From Toensbergia leucococca (lineage: Eukaryota), in NCBI GenBank assembly GCA_022813965.1, contig JALDZS010000058.1:62001-125348 (forward strand): a stretch of 63,348 bases of DNA. The letters run 5' to 3'. Positions 48,171 through 60,691 of this stretch are shown here, piece after piece; positions within the stretch are counted from its first letter, which is position 1, and every line of letters starts with the position of its first letter. Under the pieces are notes generated by a model that was not told where the DNA came from, ran no database searches, and was given only the letters and a program-made list of their open reading frames with translations. Both the position numbers and the translations under genes were made by a program.

Positions 48171-49389
48171 GGTACTTGAGAAGATGGCGTCAGATAAGCC
48201 ATAGAATTAAGTCCTGGAGCCTCATATCCCGGAGGAAGATTCCCAAGTTCTTGCGGTACTATCTGCAGCCCTAGACTACGACTTCAAGATGTACCGGAGA
48301 ACTTTTGCTCTGCTTGAAGGGCACTGATAGAGTCGGACATGATCTGCTAATTCCCGAGCTCATTAGTGCATACACTCAGATCCTTGCAAGAATAGCCAAT
48401 TATAATTCTGTTTGAGAGAACGGTGTCCTTCCAGCCTGGGCAATCATCACCCATCGAATAATGAAGGAATTAGAAGGGAAGCGCACCCTGAGCCAGGGTT
48501 CATACGTCCGCGTGCGACCCACGGTACCGACTCCACCACAGAACGCTAGTCGTCAAACCATTAGCAGTGGAGCCAGAACCAGAACTTATCCGAATTTTAT
48601 GTCAAGAGTTCTGGGCACACAAATCAACCCGACTTTTCCTCTACTATGGGTTGGCAAGAAGTATAGTATATGTATTGTCTTGTTGGAAAGAACGTATTTG
48701 ATAAAATCGTCAATCTTTCGAGTGTGGATCACAAAAAATCTGCTTACGCAGGTCACAGCAGATACGCTCGTGACCTCAAGCAAATGGGACGATGGGGCCG
48801 ACCTGATCGGAGCATGGGACTTGGCAAGCCGTATCATTTATTCTCGCAGCATCCTATGATCTGTGGGATATATGCACCAGGCATCAGTCTTTTTAGATAC
48901 TCACAGTCGAATACCAAAGCTCAACACTCTTATCCATGTCGAGCTAAACCGCCACACCGCCTTGAGGAGTAAGAGGTGCTCCCTTCCAAGGGAGCTAATA
49001 ATCGCTGTTTTGGTGGCACCATGATCTGGAATAGTTTTCGCTTTGGGCCAGTGTGGCTTGGAGTGCCTATGCGCTATTGGACCCCATGATGCTGACAATA
49101 CAGGTAGCGGTAGTGCTCCTGATGGTGGCTCAAATGTAACGTCTTTAGATCTGGGAGGTAATGGAGGTCAGAGTGGGAGAAGCTCATGCTCAGCCTCGTA
49201 GGTATCAGGAGAAATACGTCCAAGTGTACACAAGGCAGCAAGCTTTGATGCCTTTGTCAGAAATGTGAGTACTTCCCTGTGTTAGTTGTCTTTCTGTCAC
49301 CTAAAGAACCCTACTAACATCCTGCAACAGATAAGTAAGGAGTCCTTAGAGGTGACACCTCCCAAGCCTTTCTACCAGAAAAAGCCTAA

Positions 49390-49615
49390 GAGATTGACAA
49401 TGAGAGTGACGACATCGTCCACGCATACTTCCGTCAGACTTGCAAATCCTGGCACGTAAGGCTGGATGCTAAACGTCTAGACGACGAAGTGTGATTCGAG
49501 TATGCTCTCTTGGAGCCTTTCAAGGCACTTGGGCAAACTGAGCACGTGACAATAGTCCAGGTAAAAAGATTGTTGACTAGGAGGTACCTGCAAACATCAT
49601 GGAGAGACGACTGAA
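49390..49615 (+). pseudogene. Decayed fragment of a fungal F-box-like hypothetical protein C-terminus
   Basis: ...RLDDEV*FEYALLEPFKALGQTEHVTIVQ...RRYLQ; LLEPFxxL motif recalled from memory; internal stop. Confidence 0.35.
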
Positions 49616-49917
49616 GGGGATGCGTGATTTTGAGAACCCACCGCCACCACCTCCACTACCACCTTCCTTTTCCTCATCTCTTGATTATTAAAAGCTGGCT
49701 GCAAGGCGCTGCGTTCAGTCTTCACACCGCTGTTGTGATAAAATCTTTCCTGTCCGCGGCAATTGTCGGAAACGGGGTCTTGAGTGCGAATATGCCAAGC
49801 GAAAAGTTGTTCAAAAGAAACAAAAACTGAGCTTTAGAAAGATGGACGGATTTGATCTTCCGGTGGATGTCAGGCTAAGAGAGAGAAGGGTCTACGAGGA
49901 AATCGTGGACTGTGAAT

Positions 49918-50067
49918 ATGTTGCCAGATTGCCTTTTCGATCAACACAAACGGTACAAAAAAGATACCACGAAGCTAGTCACTTGGCTGGTAGAAATGGT
50001 CGATGCCTGTAGACACTCCTCTTCATCCAATAGGAGTGTTGTTGTTGTTGTGAAAGCCCAGGCCTAG
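49918..50067 (+). pseudogene. N-terminal stub of a DUF6604-like protein
   Basis: MLPDCLFDQHKRYKKDTTKLVTWLVEMVDACRH resembles the recalled N-terminal pattern MLP..L...Y..YK.DT..V..WL...A..CG; stops after 49 codons. Confidence 0.55.
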
Positions 50068-51010
50068 CTCGAATCTGAATTCAACAGATGGAAGAAGAGA
50101 TGGGGTTGTCCAGTCTATCGTGTACTGACCCTTCAATAGGTTACCGGTGATAAGATAGCGGCTGAGACTCGCCATAAATAGCGCGGCCGTCCAATTCATC
50201 ATCTTCACCGTTGGGGTCACATTTATATTGCATGGATGCAATCAAAACAATCCCAAATGGCAGCCGGGCCTTCGTTCACTTCTTAAGCAAATACGGCATC
50301 GAATCCTCGGAAATCCTGAAGCGAGTGTCTCCGAATTTGTGCGTAGAAATCGATGGTCATGGGGATGGAAGCTTGAAGGCACTTACTGAGCGTAAATTTA
50401 TGCTTCCCGAGACTCTTGGGAAAAGAGTAGAGATAACATCCAAAGCACATGCGGTAACATCTTTTCCTCCAACCTCTTTGATGTCCTTTCTCTTTGGTAA
50501 TCCACATCGACCCTTTTGTGGAAAGAGCTTTTCCTGTGTCACTGTAGTGAAGGGTATGGCCTGTTTTGCTGAGACTGCAAAGGACCTGGCCGACAATGCA
50601 ACAGAATTGCTTTCAAATACTTATCGTGAGGAATATTGAACCTTAAACAAATCAGTCTCTCACGGCGTTGCTTTGAATAGAGATGGTGGCCCAGTCATAC
50701 ACCAATATACCTCTTCGGGACATTGTTCTTTAGCAGATTATGGCTCCGACACAGTTGAGAGGCTGATACTCTGAACATATATATCTCTGCCACGGAGAGA
50801 TTACCAGCAATATTGGAGAAAGCCTTGAGAGCCTGCCATCATGTAATATTTCAAGCAACCCAAATTTGCCATTGAACCTTGGAGAGGCTCTTCTATGGGA
50901 TCTTGTCCAATCCGATCGATAGAATAGCGTTGTCGATGGATTACGGAAGAATCAAAGTACTGTATAGTAGATGTGAAAGATGGTGCTACTAAGCTCCGAG
51001 ACTCTGGTCA

Positions 51011-51513
51011 TCCCTCAACCTTCGTGGGGAATTCGGGATAAGATCTACTTCCATTTCCTCGCGTGTAATAATGATGGTGGCTCCATACATGGCTCTTTCA
51101 AGATTCCTACTTCTCTCTAACGGGTGTTACTCTCGTCAACGGTCGAGTGTATGCTGAGGGCATTGAAATCCTCTACAACGTCAACCAGTTCAACTTCTTG
51201 AGCGTACAAAGTACATGACTATTCTTCACCACTGACGGTCCTGCAAATATAACATAGTTACGAAATTTACGTATCTCTATTCTTGGATAGATGGACCATA
51301 GGCTCGCAAACTGAGCTGTTAACACCTGACGCACATCGCCAACCTTGTCGTTGGCCCGAAGAGATTACCGACCAGATATGCGAGGAAACTCCTTTGACTG
51401 ACAGGAAGGCCGAGCTGAAATACACGATAGGGACAGGTGGGGACGACGAGGAAGCAGTCCGACACGTTATAGCGAGTCTAATGGGCGATGCAGGCATCGC
51501 AGTAGATCGATGA
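51011..51513 (+). pseudogene. Decayed F-box-like fungal hypothetical protein
   Basis: SLNLRG, frameshift, IRDKIYFHFL, then VTLVNGRVYAEGIEILYNVNQFNF...T*LFFTTDGPANIT*LRNLRISI; several stops and frameshifts. Confidence 0.6.
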
Positions 51514-52519
51514 CTTAAGCCAAGCACCTCCCTCCCAAGTACGATTTGAATATTTCGGTTGAATCAGCTGAATCTAAATATATTCGAACCTGTTCATCGA
51601 CTATTTGTCAGGAGTGAGAACGGGCACCTCATCCCGTTCCTACGACTGACAAGGTTCGATCCCCCCGTCAGAGGGGACCATTTCCGAAGAGATGGCTTGT
51701 TGAAGTTGATTGGGAGGCCACTGATCCGGATAATATGGCAAGATGTGCTAAATAAGACACCAAGCCTAAATTTTCGCATCTTTAATCTCCAGTATCAAGA
51801 GACGATTCGACATGCGTTCCAAGCTTTCGAATTTATATGGTGCCCAGCACGAGGTACACATGTTGATCGTAAGCATTCAAACTCTATGATTTCGATATGA
51901 AACCAAGTTACCCAGCTGAAGGATTCCAGACGTAGACTCAAGACGGAGTGTCTTTATTGAAGATACCGTACTCATGATTGACTACCTCGTCGACAGAGAG
52001 CAAGGCCAGCTTTGTCCCCACCACTGACGGCGCAACCACAACCACAACACACCCCATCTCATGGCAGCGTCCCTGTTCAAAGACCTGAGTCTCAAGAATC
52101 TCTCTCTCGTCAGGCGATACGTCCAGGCCAACTGAGCCAGCAAATGGGCTTTTTCGTTGCATTGATGTGTCAACTCTTCGCTTTACTTCACCTAAATTTG
52201 GCTCATCAACACGCCCTGCTCGTCAACATGCTGAATTCTTCCCCTCGCCTTTCCATACCTCATGTCCGTCTACTTGAAACCGTCATATCTTGCCTTCAGT
52301 CTCCTCATAGGAAAAGTCACGACGCGGAAAGCCTAATAACTGTGGCCCTTGACTTGAAACAATAAAGCCATTCATCGAACATGGGTTTCTCTCTTTCAAG
52401 AGAGATCAGCTGTAAGCATCTAGGCTTCACGACCTCACGACGATAGCAAGGGGAGTAGCTAAAGGCTTATAGATATAGATACGGATCGACGAGTCTTTGT
52501 ACGTACAAGGCATCGGGCT

Positions 52520-53350
52520 CATCCTCCCCGAAGTGTTCCCTCGCAACCGATTACGCCTACACAGTAGCGCCCACTAAGGCCTAGCTTCTTTCCCAGCAAT
52601 GCACATCGACCCCAACCTCCTCGACACGTACAGGATGAAGAAGCACCGGCGCCTAAGACCCGCCATCGGGATCGAGTCAATGTAGAGGAAGAGGTATTGG
52701 CGGCAAGGACCCGCCATCGGGTCCGTATCGCTCTAGAGGAGGAAGAGGCATTGGCGGGAGAGGCCCGCCGTCGGATCCGTATCGCTCTGGAGGAGGAAGA
52801 GGCATTGGCGGGAGAGGCCCGCCGTCGGATCCGTATCGCTCTGGAGGAGGAAGAGGCATCGGCGGCAGAGCTCCGCCATTGGGATCGTATCAATCGATTA
52901 AGGGCGGAGGAAGAAAGGGTTACCCAGGCCCATCATGCCTTTCTCTACCAGATGCAACAAAGGGAAGACAGGGCCCGACAAGCCCATGAAAGCCATACGG
53001 GCAGGATGGAGAGACGACTCCGTCGAATGGAGGAAGAGATGACGATCTAGCGAGCCCACCATGCTCAGATGATTACTCGAATGAACGAGGAGAGGATAGC
53101 AGCCGAACAACAGCACGAGGAAGCTCGCCGTCGCCGTTCCCGCCGTCGTCGTCGTCGAGAACAAGAACAAACCCCGGATGAACCAATCGGTAGCAACGAT
53201 ACTAGGGGTCAGGGCATGAACTCCTCGGCGCAGTCTCACCAAGACGCTCCGCCTCCTGCAGAGATCATTCCTGAGCCTCTTTCTCAGCGGCAAGCTTGGA
53301 TTCGAAGGATTTCAGGGATGCCCAGGCCGCCTGGGGCGTGGGTATCTTAG
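52520..53350 (+). pseudogene. Interrupted E/R-rich helical repeat protein
   Basis: One reading frame interrupted only by TAG at 52565 and 53048; ORFs 52697..53050 and 53069..53350 are in the same frame; no clear start codon. Confidence 0.55.
52660..52895 (+). repeat. 54-bp tandem repeat, about 4.4 units (18-aa unit RRRIRIALEEEEALAGEA)
   Basis: Units begin CCGCC at 52660 (51 bp, diverged), 52711, 52765, 52819 and 52873 (partial). Confidence 0.95.
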
Positions 53351-54816
53351 ATTTCGGAAGATTATTGATGACCAATGATGGGCTTGAGTGATATGGTGCT
53401 TATGTGCAGGGTCGTGGATCTAGCAATTAGCGATTTGTTCTTGAAATGAAAGAGATTGTTATAGTTGGAGTTCAAGCTTTCAGGGTTATCAGTATCATGT
53501 ACGAGAGTATTTCTCGAAGAAACAGCATATCTGGCGCTTCAAATTTAAGATGAAAATTTAATCAATGAAAGTGGCTCACCAAGACTCAAACGCTCCATTG
53601 GTTTATACATGGAGATTCAATGTTCCGACTGATATACATTTGAAGGCACGAGGAAGAGCCGTACACACAAGGTAACAGCATCAAGAGGGTTCATTGAGCT
53701 CGCACATCAAACGTTGGCTCTTGATATCTCGAAGCGCTGCTGTACGATGTTTAAGAGAAGTGGCTCTTCTTACCTGAACGACGGCCCACTAAAAACAGAA
53801 GAAAATGATAGAGGGAAGTATTGGCCACAAGCTCTTCCTTGTGGAAAGGAACACATAAGGTATGTACTCAAGAGAGTCCTCACTCTGGCGCAGCAACAAG
53901 ACGAGAGAAACGCAATGCAGTACTTAGGTAAGTCTTTTACCTATGCCGAATGCGCATTCCTCGTTCTGTAAGAGCGCTTCGCTGGCAACAGAGTCCATAA
54001 CAACTTGCAGTGCGCTCATTCCCGAGTTCTTCTAATTAGGACCGAGGCAGCGGCTCTAGATGCGAAAACCAAGTGCTGGACACTTAAGGGATTGGCATAC
54101 AACAGCGAAGTACAAAGAGCTCGATACACTTCACTGCGGTGATGCTGAGCGACAGGCTTATTTTGTATCCTCGCCGTCAAGGTAATTCAGCTAATTCTGT
54201 GTGTAAGGCGTAAGGTTGAGGGTTGGTACGAGTCTCGTTATTTTCCGGTTGCAAGCATCATAGGAGACTAATCCGAATTCGGAAACACAAAGCCGTTGAT
54301 ACGTAAGTATGCCGTCATGCCGCCCTGGTCACTCATTAGCGTTAGTATGGACTGCAGTCTGGTTCCTCGGTTCTTCCGTCGATTGATCACATGGCCTGAA
54401 GGCGGCAGCGAGTGTTGATGTTGCGTGGTTGGTTACACGGCGGACGAAACTGAAGCAAGATGGCTCATGTTATCTGATTGGTTGAGACGGCAATATCATG
54501 GCCGTTTGCAAGGGTTCATATCCTACCAAATGCCGAATGACCCTTTCCCCACTCCCCACATTGTGACCCCTCGTACGCTGAGCTGCCGTGCTACTCCCGC
54601 CTCCCGTCTCCATCATATTGTGAGTGGTGAGTACGGGTACAGTAAGCTACCTACCTAGTTCTGATAAAGCTCGTCTATCTGCAACCTTTATCCTCTACTG
54701 CCCTGCCGTGTCTACGTCTCCTCTTTCTCTCCTCTTCACCGTTCAGGTAGTCCTCTTTACTTGATAGCCTTTCTTCCAAAGAATTACATCGCCGATATAC
54801 CGGTTAAGAAAGCATC

Positions 54817-56850
54817 ATGGCCGTCGGCAACATCTATCTCATCAGTGCCATTGCAATCATTGGCGGTGGCCTTTTTGGGTTTGATATCTCGTCAATGAGT
54901 GCCATCCTGGGAACCAGCCAATACAAATGCTATTTCAATCAAGGCCCTCATGGTCCTCCGTTCGACGACCAGCCGTGTTCAGGTCCGACTGCGAGTGTCC
55001 AAGGCGGCATCACTGCCTCCATGGCTGGCGGATCCTGGCTTGGTGCTTTGCTCTCTGGCTTTCTTTCTGACATTCTAGGTCGCAAGAAATCTATTATGAT
55101 TGGATCTGTCCTTTGGTAAGCTGCAAGAAAACGTGCGAATAGCTTATGTTCTTATCAAAATATCTCTCAGGGTGATTGGATCAATCCTCATCAGCGCTTC
55201 TCAGAATATTGGCATGCTCATCGTCGGTCGTATCATCAATGGACTTTGTGTGGGTATCTGTTCTGCTCAGGTCCCTGTTTACATCTCCGAGCTGGCTCCA
55301 CCTAGTAAGCGCGGTCGCCTCGTGGGAGCCCAGCAGTGGGCTATCACTTGGTGAGTTCTCACCCATCACAAATTACAATTCACCTATTCAAGTCATCGTT
55401 GCTAATTGTGTTCATGAGCTTAGGGGTATTCTAATCATGTTCTACATCTCCTATGGATGCTCCTTTGCCAAGGGAACTGAGGCTTTCCGTATTCCATGGG
55501 GTAAGACACTCTTGCTCCCGGTCACGTGTATTCGAAATTGACCGAGTATCCATCATAGCATTGCAAATGATTCCAGCCATCATTCTATTTTTCGGCATGA
55601 TTTTCCTCCCAGAGTCTCCCCGTTGGCTTGCTCGTCAAGATCGATGGGAGGATTGCCATGCCGTACTGACCCTCGTTCATGGCCACGGCGATCCCAACAG
55701 CCCTTGGGTTAACCGTGAATTGCAAGAGATCAAAGACATGTGCGAATTCGAGCGCAACAACGCTGACGGTAAATACAATTATCCGCCTGCAAAGTAATCT
55801 GAAAAGTTGCCTCTAACATAACACAGTCACCTATCTTGAGCTTTTCAAGCCAAACATGATCAATCGTACTCATATCGGTATTTTCACCCAGATCTGGTCT
55901 CAATTGACAGGCATGAATGTTATGAGTAGGTTATCGATGCTTTTGTTTGATTGAATCTTTCTTGCTAATACGGAATGGTAGTGTACTATATTACAGTAAG
56001 TCTTGTACATGAGGTGAACTTGACCTCATGTTGACGGTAGCATAGTATGTATTTGCAATGGCAGGTCTCAGCGGCAATAACCTTCTAGTGTCCTCGTCAA
56101 TTCAGTATGTCATCAATGTTGTGATGACAATTCCTGCACTGCTTTACGTCGACCGCTGGGGTCGTAGACCAACGCTCCTTGTGGGCGCCGCGCTCATGAT
56201 GACGTGGCTCTTTGCCAATGGTGGTATACTTGTATCCTACGGTAAATGGGCTGGTCCGACTGGCGTCAACAATACTCCTGAGGCTTCATGGGAAGTTACA
56301 GGACCTCCTTCAAAAGCAGTTATTGCGTGTTCGTACCTCTTCGTTGCATCTTACGCTCCAACGTGGGGCCCAGTCTCGTGGATCTATCCTCCAGAATTAT
56401 ACCCTCTTCGCGTTCGTGGCAAAGCCGTGGCACTCGCCACCTCGGCCAATTGGGCCTTCAATTTTGCCCTGGGCTACTTTGTAAGTTTTGCAGCATTCCC
56501 GTTGCGTTCTCAGTCGCTTGAGTAGATATACTGATATTCTATAGGTACCTCCTGCGTTTGTCAATATTGAATGGAGAACGTACATTCTATTCGGAGTCTT
56601 TTGTGCACTTATGTTCATCCACGTCTTCTTTATGTTTCCTGAGACAGCAGGTAAAACTCTCGAAGAGGTAGAAAACATGTTCACTGATCCGAATGGGCCC
56701 CGATATATTGGTACACTTGCTTGGAAGACGAAGATCACGACTAAGAGAGCTCTGATGCTCGAGCACGGTGGAAGCGACCCTGAAAAGATGGCTGTGCAGC
56801 ATGAAGAAAGTCCGGAGAGAAGCGAGTATGAGATCAAATCGACATCTTGA
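54817..56850 (+). CDS. MFS sugar porter, high-affinity glucose transporter-like
   Basis: GGGLFGFDISSMS, SDILGRK, PVYISELAP, PESPRWL, QIWSQLTGMNVMMYY, VDRWGRR, PETAGKTLEE; about seven introns including a 14-nt micro-exon at 55982..55995. Confidence 0.95.
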
Positions 56851-57385
56851 GCACCTGATTAAATGAGTGTCTCCCATTGGTCTGTTCTATCACCATATAA
56901 AGCCAGATTGGAATGCAATCATGGTGTCCTTGGACTCTACAAACTGATGATGTTTCATATTGCCTCTTCATGCTTGACAGAGCAGTGGCCATCTGAGTAG
57001 AATTGCCCCGTACATAGAATCTAGATATGATGATCAGCCCTAAGCTCGCTTGTGCTAGAATACGCTAAGTTAAGCGAAACCTAAGACATTCGGACAGACA
57101 AGCTTTTTCAAGCTTTTCCATTGTAGATGCTCGTCTCCCCGAGTCCTTCCACTTTAGGTTTTGAAGATTCGAGATTCGATTCTTTCCTTGCGAGACATGG
57201 CGTGATTGTTATCTTGTCGCGAGTTGCGCCTCAGGCTTCGATCACGCACCGCCAGCCCTTCTCCTCCATGCTCTCAAATCGTCGACCTCCCTCACCGTCC
57301 GCAGAACATGGAGAACTTAGACGGCAATATTACCGAGAGTAATTCTTATATCCTCTGACCCGCCTTTTCTCCACCTCTCCGAGAC

Positions 57386-59728
57386 ATGCTCCCAGATTCT
57401 AGACTCCCTCGTCGCCAGATATGGGCCGCTGCCACTGCTACCACTAGTGCTATTTCCCATCACTGCACCCCCTTCGAGTTGCCCTCCCGCGGTCTTCTCA
57501 CTATCGACAATACTTCCGTCATCACCTTGACTCACAACGCCGTCTTTCACCCGGAATGTACCGGCAAGCCTGCTTATAATCAAAGTGACTCGGGGTCAAA
57601 TAGCCAAGTCACTGACCTTCGAGATCCCTTCTACGCCTCGACCTTACCCCAGATATATGCCATTGCCGCGGCAACAGTGTTGAGCTACATGCTGTTCATT
57701 ATTATACTCATCACACCTCGGAGCTTCTTCGTAGGTGGTTCGGGGGGTGGGAGTGGATTTCTTGGCCAGAGGGGTATAATAAGTGGGGCATCTGGCAGTA
57801 CATCTGTTGTGGGCGTTGGGTCAAGACCGCTTCTGCAAAAAGTCGCCGTTTTGACTGTGGTCATCTCGCTTACAATCGCCACTGCTGATACCTTCAAGGT
57901 AGCTCAGAGGCAATATGACGCTGGTTACGAGGATGCGACTGCCCTGACGGCCGAGGTGGTTGGAGGATTGGAAATACGTATTGTACGGGTCATATCAGAT
58001 ACTCTACTTTGGCTTGCCCAGGTCCAGACGCTGATACGACTTTTTCCGAGGCATAAAGAGAAGGTGATAATCAAGTGGACAGGATTTGCTCTTATTGTCC
58101 TTGATACCGTTTTTAGTATACTGAATACCTTTGTAGACGATAGCGGGAGATGGCGGCCTCGCACTTTCGTGGATGCCATTCCGGCACTTAGCTATTTATT
58201 TGAGCTAGCACTGAGTTTACTTTACGCGGCTTGGGTGATTTTCTATTCATTATCAAAGAGGAAGTTTGCTTTTTTTCATCCTAAGATGCGGAACATCTGT
58301 CTAGTTGCTATACTTGCTCTTACAACTATACTTATTCCAGTCGTGTTTTTCGTTTTGGATATTTCAAAACCCAACGTGGTAGGATGGGGAGACTATGTGC
58401 GATGGGTTGGGGCGGCAGCAGCGAGTGTTGTTGTATGGGAATGGGTTGAGAGGATCGAGGCTCTTGAGAGGGACGATAGAAAAGATGGGATACTTGGTAG
58501 GGAGATTTTTGATGGCGATGAGATGATCGAAGTTACACCATCATGGGAAGTGGATTGGCCAGGTTCACGCCAGGACCATCAAGGAGGTGGAGGTGGACAT
58601 GCCGGGATCAGCATGAGTACAGGTCAAGGCCCCTGGAGCGACGTTGCAAACCGCTCCGTACGACCACGCCACCCGCAGCACCATAGTCAAGGTGCTCCAC
58701 AAAATGTCGGCTTCAATCGATCAAGGGCCCATGAAGTCGTGATGACAGGCGCCTTGGGACCAACGACTGCACCCGATCCGACTCCACCCCCTATAGTGAG
58801 TTCTCCGGTAAGCAGGACTGATACAACCAGTGCCGCGAGTACCATCTATACCGTACGATACCACCCAATCTGCGGGCCCACTCCGCCGATAGAAGCAGTC
58901 TCGGATTCGGGCGTAAGAAACCATGACAATCGAGAGTCTATGACTCAGCCAGAGCAGTCACTCCAAGATCCGAGTCATAGTATGGCTAATGCAGCTATTT
59001 CGTCTCCTACACATCAAGAGACTTCTACATCCCGAGAACTCCCTAAAATTCAGTGGCGGAATGTGTCGAATCCTTTCAAGCGGCGACGCGCATCACCGCC
59101 GCGAGAAGTCACGGGCATCTTTCCAGTAGGAACCCAGCCGCCAGCATCACGCACTATTTCACGAGGCCAGGTGAGTACTGATGTTCATCGTATCAGTAGA
59201 CTCAATAGGTTGCGCCCGAGGAGGACACCGAAGGCTTTAGGCTCTCCGCTACCTCTCAGAATAATCCCAGTGCAGTCTCCCGGCAGGATGTGGTCACCTG
59301 AGATATTGGAGACTCTTGACGGTGGAGATACTGAACCCACTGGAACTAATATTGTCCCTGCTTCCCTTGGGTCTGTGCCGTCAGAAGGACCGCTGCGTGC
59401 AATTCCACCCAACGAGACTCTACAACCTTTAACGTCTGGTCAAGGTGGAAATCCCGCTTTACCATCTCAGCGAGATAGCCTGACCATCTATGGATACAAT
59501 GAATCTAGTCCCCCACATGCCTCAAGATTAAGCCCTATCATATCTCGAGACGCCGACGACAACGCCATGTCCCTTCAACCTTCTTCGAGTCGAGAGATTC
59601 CAAACGCACCACAACAACATGAATCACCAGAAATACGCCCACCGACAGTTGCCACATCATCAGTGTTGCAGGGAGCATCACTACCAGATGGAAGGGACGA
59701 GGATTCTCGCATGTTGGATGGGAGCTAA
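57386..59728 (+). CDS. palH: Ambient pH sensor PalH/Rim21 (7-TM)
   Basis: CTPFELPS, DLRDPFYASTLPQIYA, RPLLQKVA, LWLAQVQTLIRLFPRHKEK, AAAASVVVWEWVERIEALER...GILGREIFD; long disordered tail. Confidence 0.96.
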   Translation: MLPDSRLPRRQIWAAATATTSAISHHCTPFELPSRGLLTIDNTSVITLTHNAVFHPECTGKPAYNQSDSGSNSQVTDLRDPFYASTLPQIYAIAAATVLSYMLFIIILITPRSFFVGGSGGGSGFLGQRGIISGASGSTSVVGVGSRPLLQKVAVLTVVISLTIATADTFKVAQRQYDAGYEDATALTAEVVGGLEIRIVRVISDTLLWLAQVQTLIRLFPRHKEKVIIKWTGFALIVLDTVFSILNTFVDDSGRWRPRTFVDAIPALSYLFELALSLLYAAWVIFYSLSKRKFAFFHPKMRNICLVAILALTTILIPVVFFVLDISKPNVVGWGDYVRWVGAAAASVVVWEWVERIEALERDDRKDGILGREIFDGDEMIEVTPSWEVDWPGSRQDHQGGGGGHAGISMSTGQGPWSDVANRSVRPRHPQHHSQGAPQNVGFNRSRAHEVVMTGALGPTTAPDPTPPPIVSSPVSRTDTTSAASTIYTVRYHPICGPTPPIEAVSDSGVRNHDNRESMTQPEQSLQDPSHSMANAAISSPTHQETSTSRELPKIQWRNVSNPFKRRRASPPREVTGIFPVGTQPPASRTISRGQVSTDVHRISRLNRLRPRRTPKALGSPLPLRIIPVQSPGRMWSPEILETLDGGDTEPTGTNIVPASLGSVPSEGPLRAIPPNETLQPLTSGQGGNPALPSQRDSLTIYGYNESSPPHASRLSPIISRDADDNAMSLQPSSSREIPNAPQQHESPEIRPPTVATSSVLQGASLPDGRDEDSRMLDGS

Positions 59729-60691
59729 TTGACTAGGCGCTCAAAGTAATGGGAGCGTTTTGGGAAAAAGCAAAGTCGAATTTAGCGCTGGCGCTGAGGA
59801 TTAGGATGATGGATATTATGGGTCAAAGGTTTCACAAATTCATTGTCAAATCTAGTGGCTATTGAGGATTATGTACATATATAAACACCTCATGTATTAA
59901 GATTTTTTTGACAAAAGTCATTTTCTTTCCTTTCTTTCTATCAGCTTGTGGGGGGGAGGTGAATGTGATGATTTAAAGTTGATATGCTGCCTTTTTTTTA
60001 GATTTATTTCATAGCAGGTTTCTATTTCTCTTGAATGTGATGTCTATGATACACAACTTTCTGTTCTTTTTATCAAGATGAAGCAAAAAAAACCTGTAGG
60101 CACTCTAAGATCTTGCTGATGACAAATATAAAGATCTCAGATATCATCTCTCAAAAGGAGGGGATTGAATCCTTAGATTCCGCTTCAAATTGTTGAATAA
60201 AAGTCTTTGATTAAACAAAAGAAAAAAAGAGACAGATACACACACCTCTATCAACTCAAGCCCCCCCCTCAATCAAACGCGCACCAATCACACTAAAGAC
60301 AAAAAAACAAAAACCCCTTCCTACACAATCACAGACCAAAATCACAAAACAGCGCTCCTCCAATCAAAACAAGATTCAAATAACAGACTCCATCATCCCA
60401 ACAGCGCCCCTTGCAACGATGAAGAGCATTGGTCAAGTATCCATCAAATTGATGATGAAACATGAATTGAGAATGTCATGTTTGAAGGTCGCAAAACAGG
60501 CTACTTCCTGAGCGCTTTGAAGAAGAGGTTGTGAGTGTTGCGTTGAAAGGATGTGCATTTCAAGTTCAATTCAGGACCAAGAAGCAGACCGAGCCCATCA
60601 TTGCTCCCTTCAACATCCAGCCAGCTAAAAAAGCGCACTCACCACCCACCTCCACAAAACCCCATTCCAACAATCCAACAAGAGCCTCCTC

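Noticed and set aside
52660..52895. Regularly spaced repeat as a CRISPR-like array
   Set aside because: The units are contiguous with no unique spacers, the period is a multiple of three, and the genome is eukaryotic with no cas genes.
53700..54200. Possible further + strand gene remnant after the fragment array
   Set aside because: Protein-like in places but I could not assign any family.
44600..54800. Starship or other autonomous mobile element carrying the fragment array
   Set aside because: No tyrosine recombinase, transposase, reverse transcriptase or Rep-helicase sequence was recognised and no termini were found.
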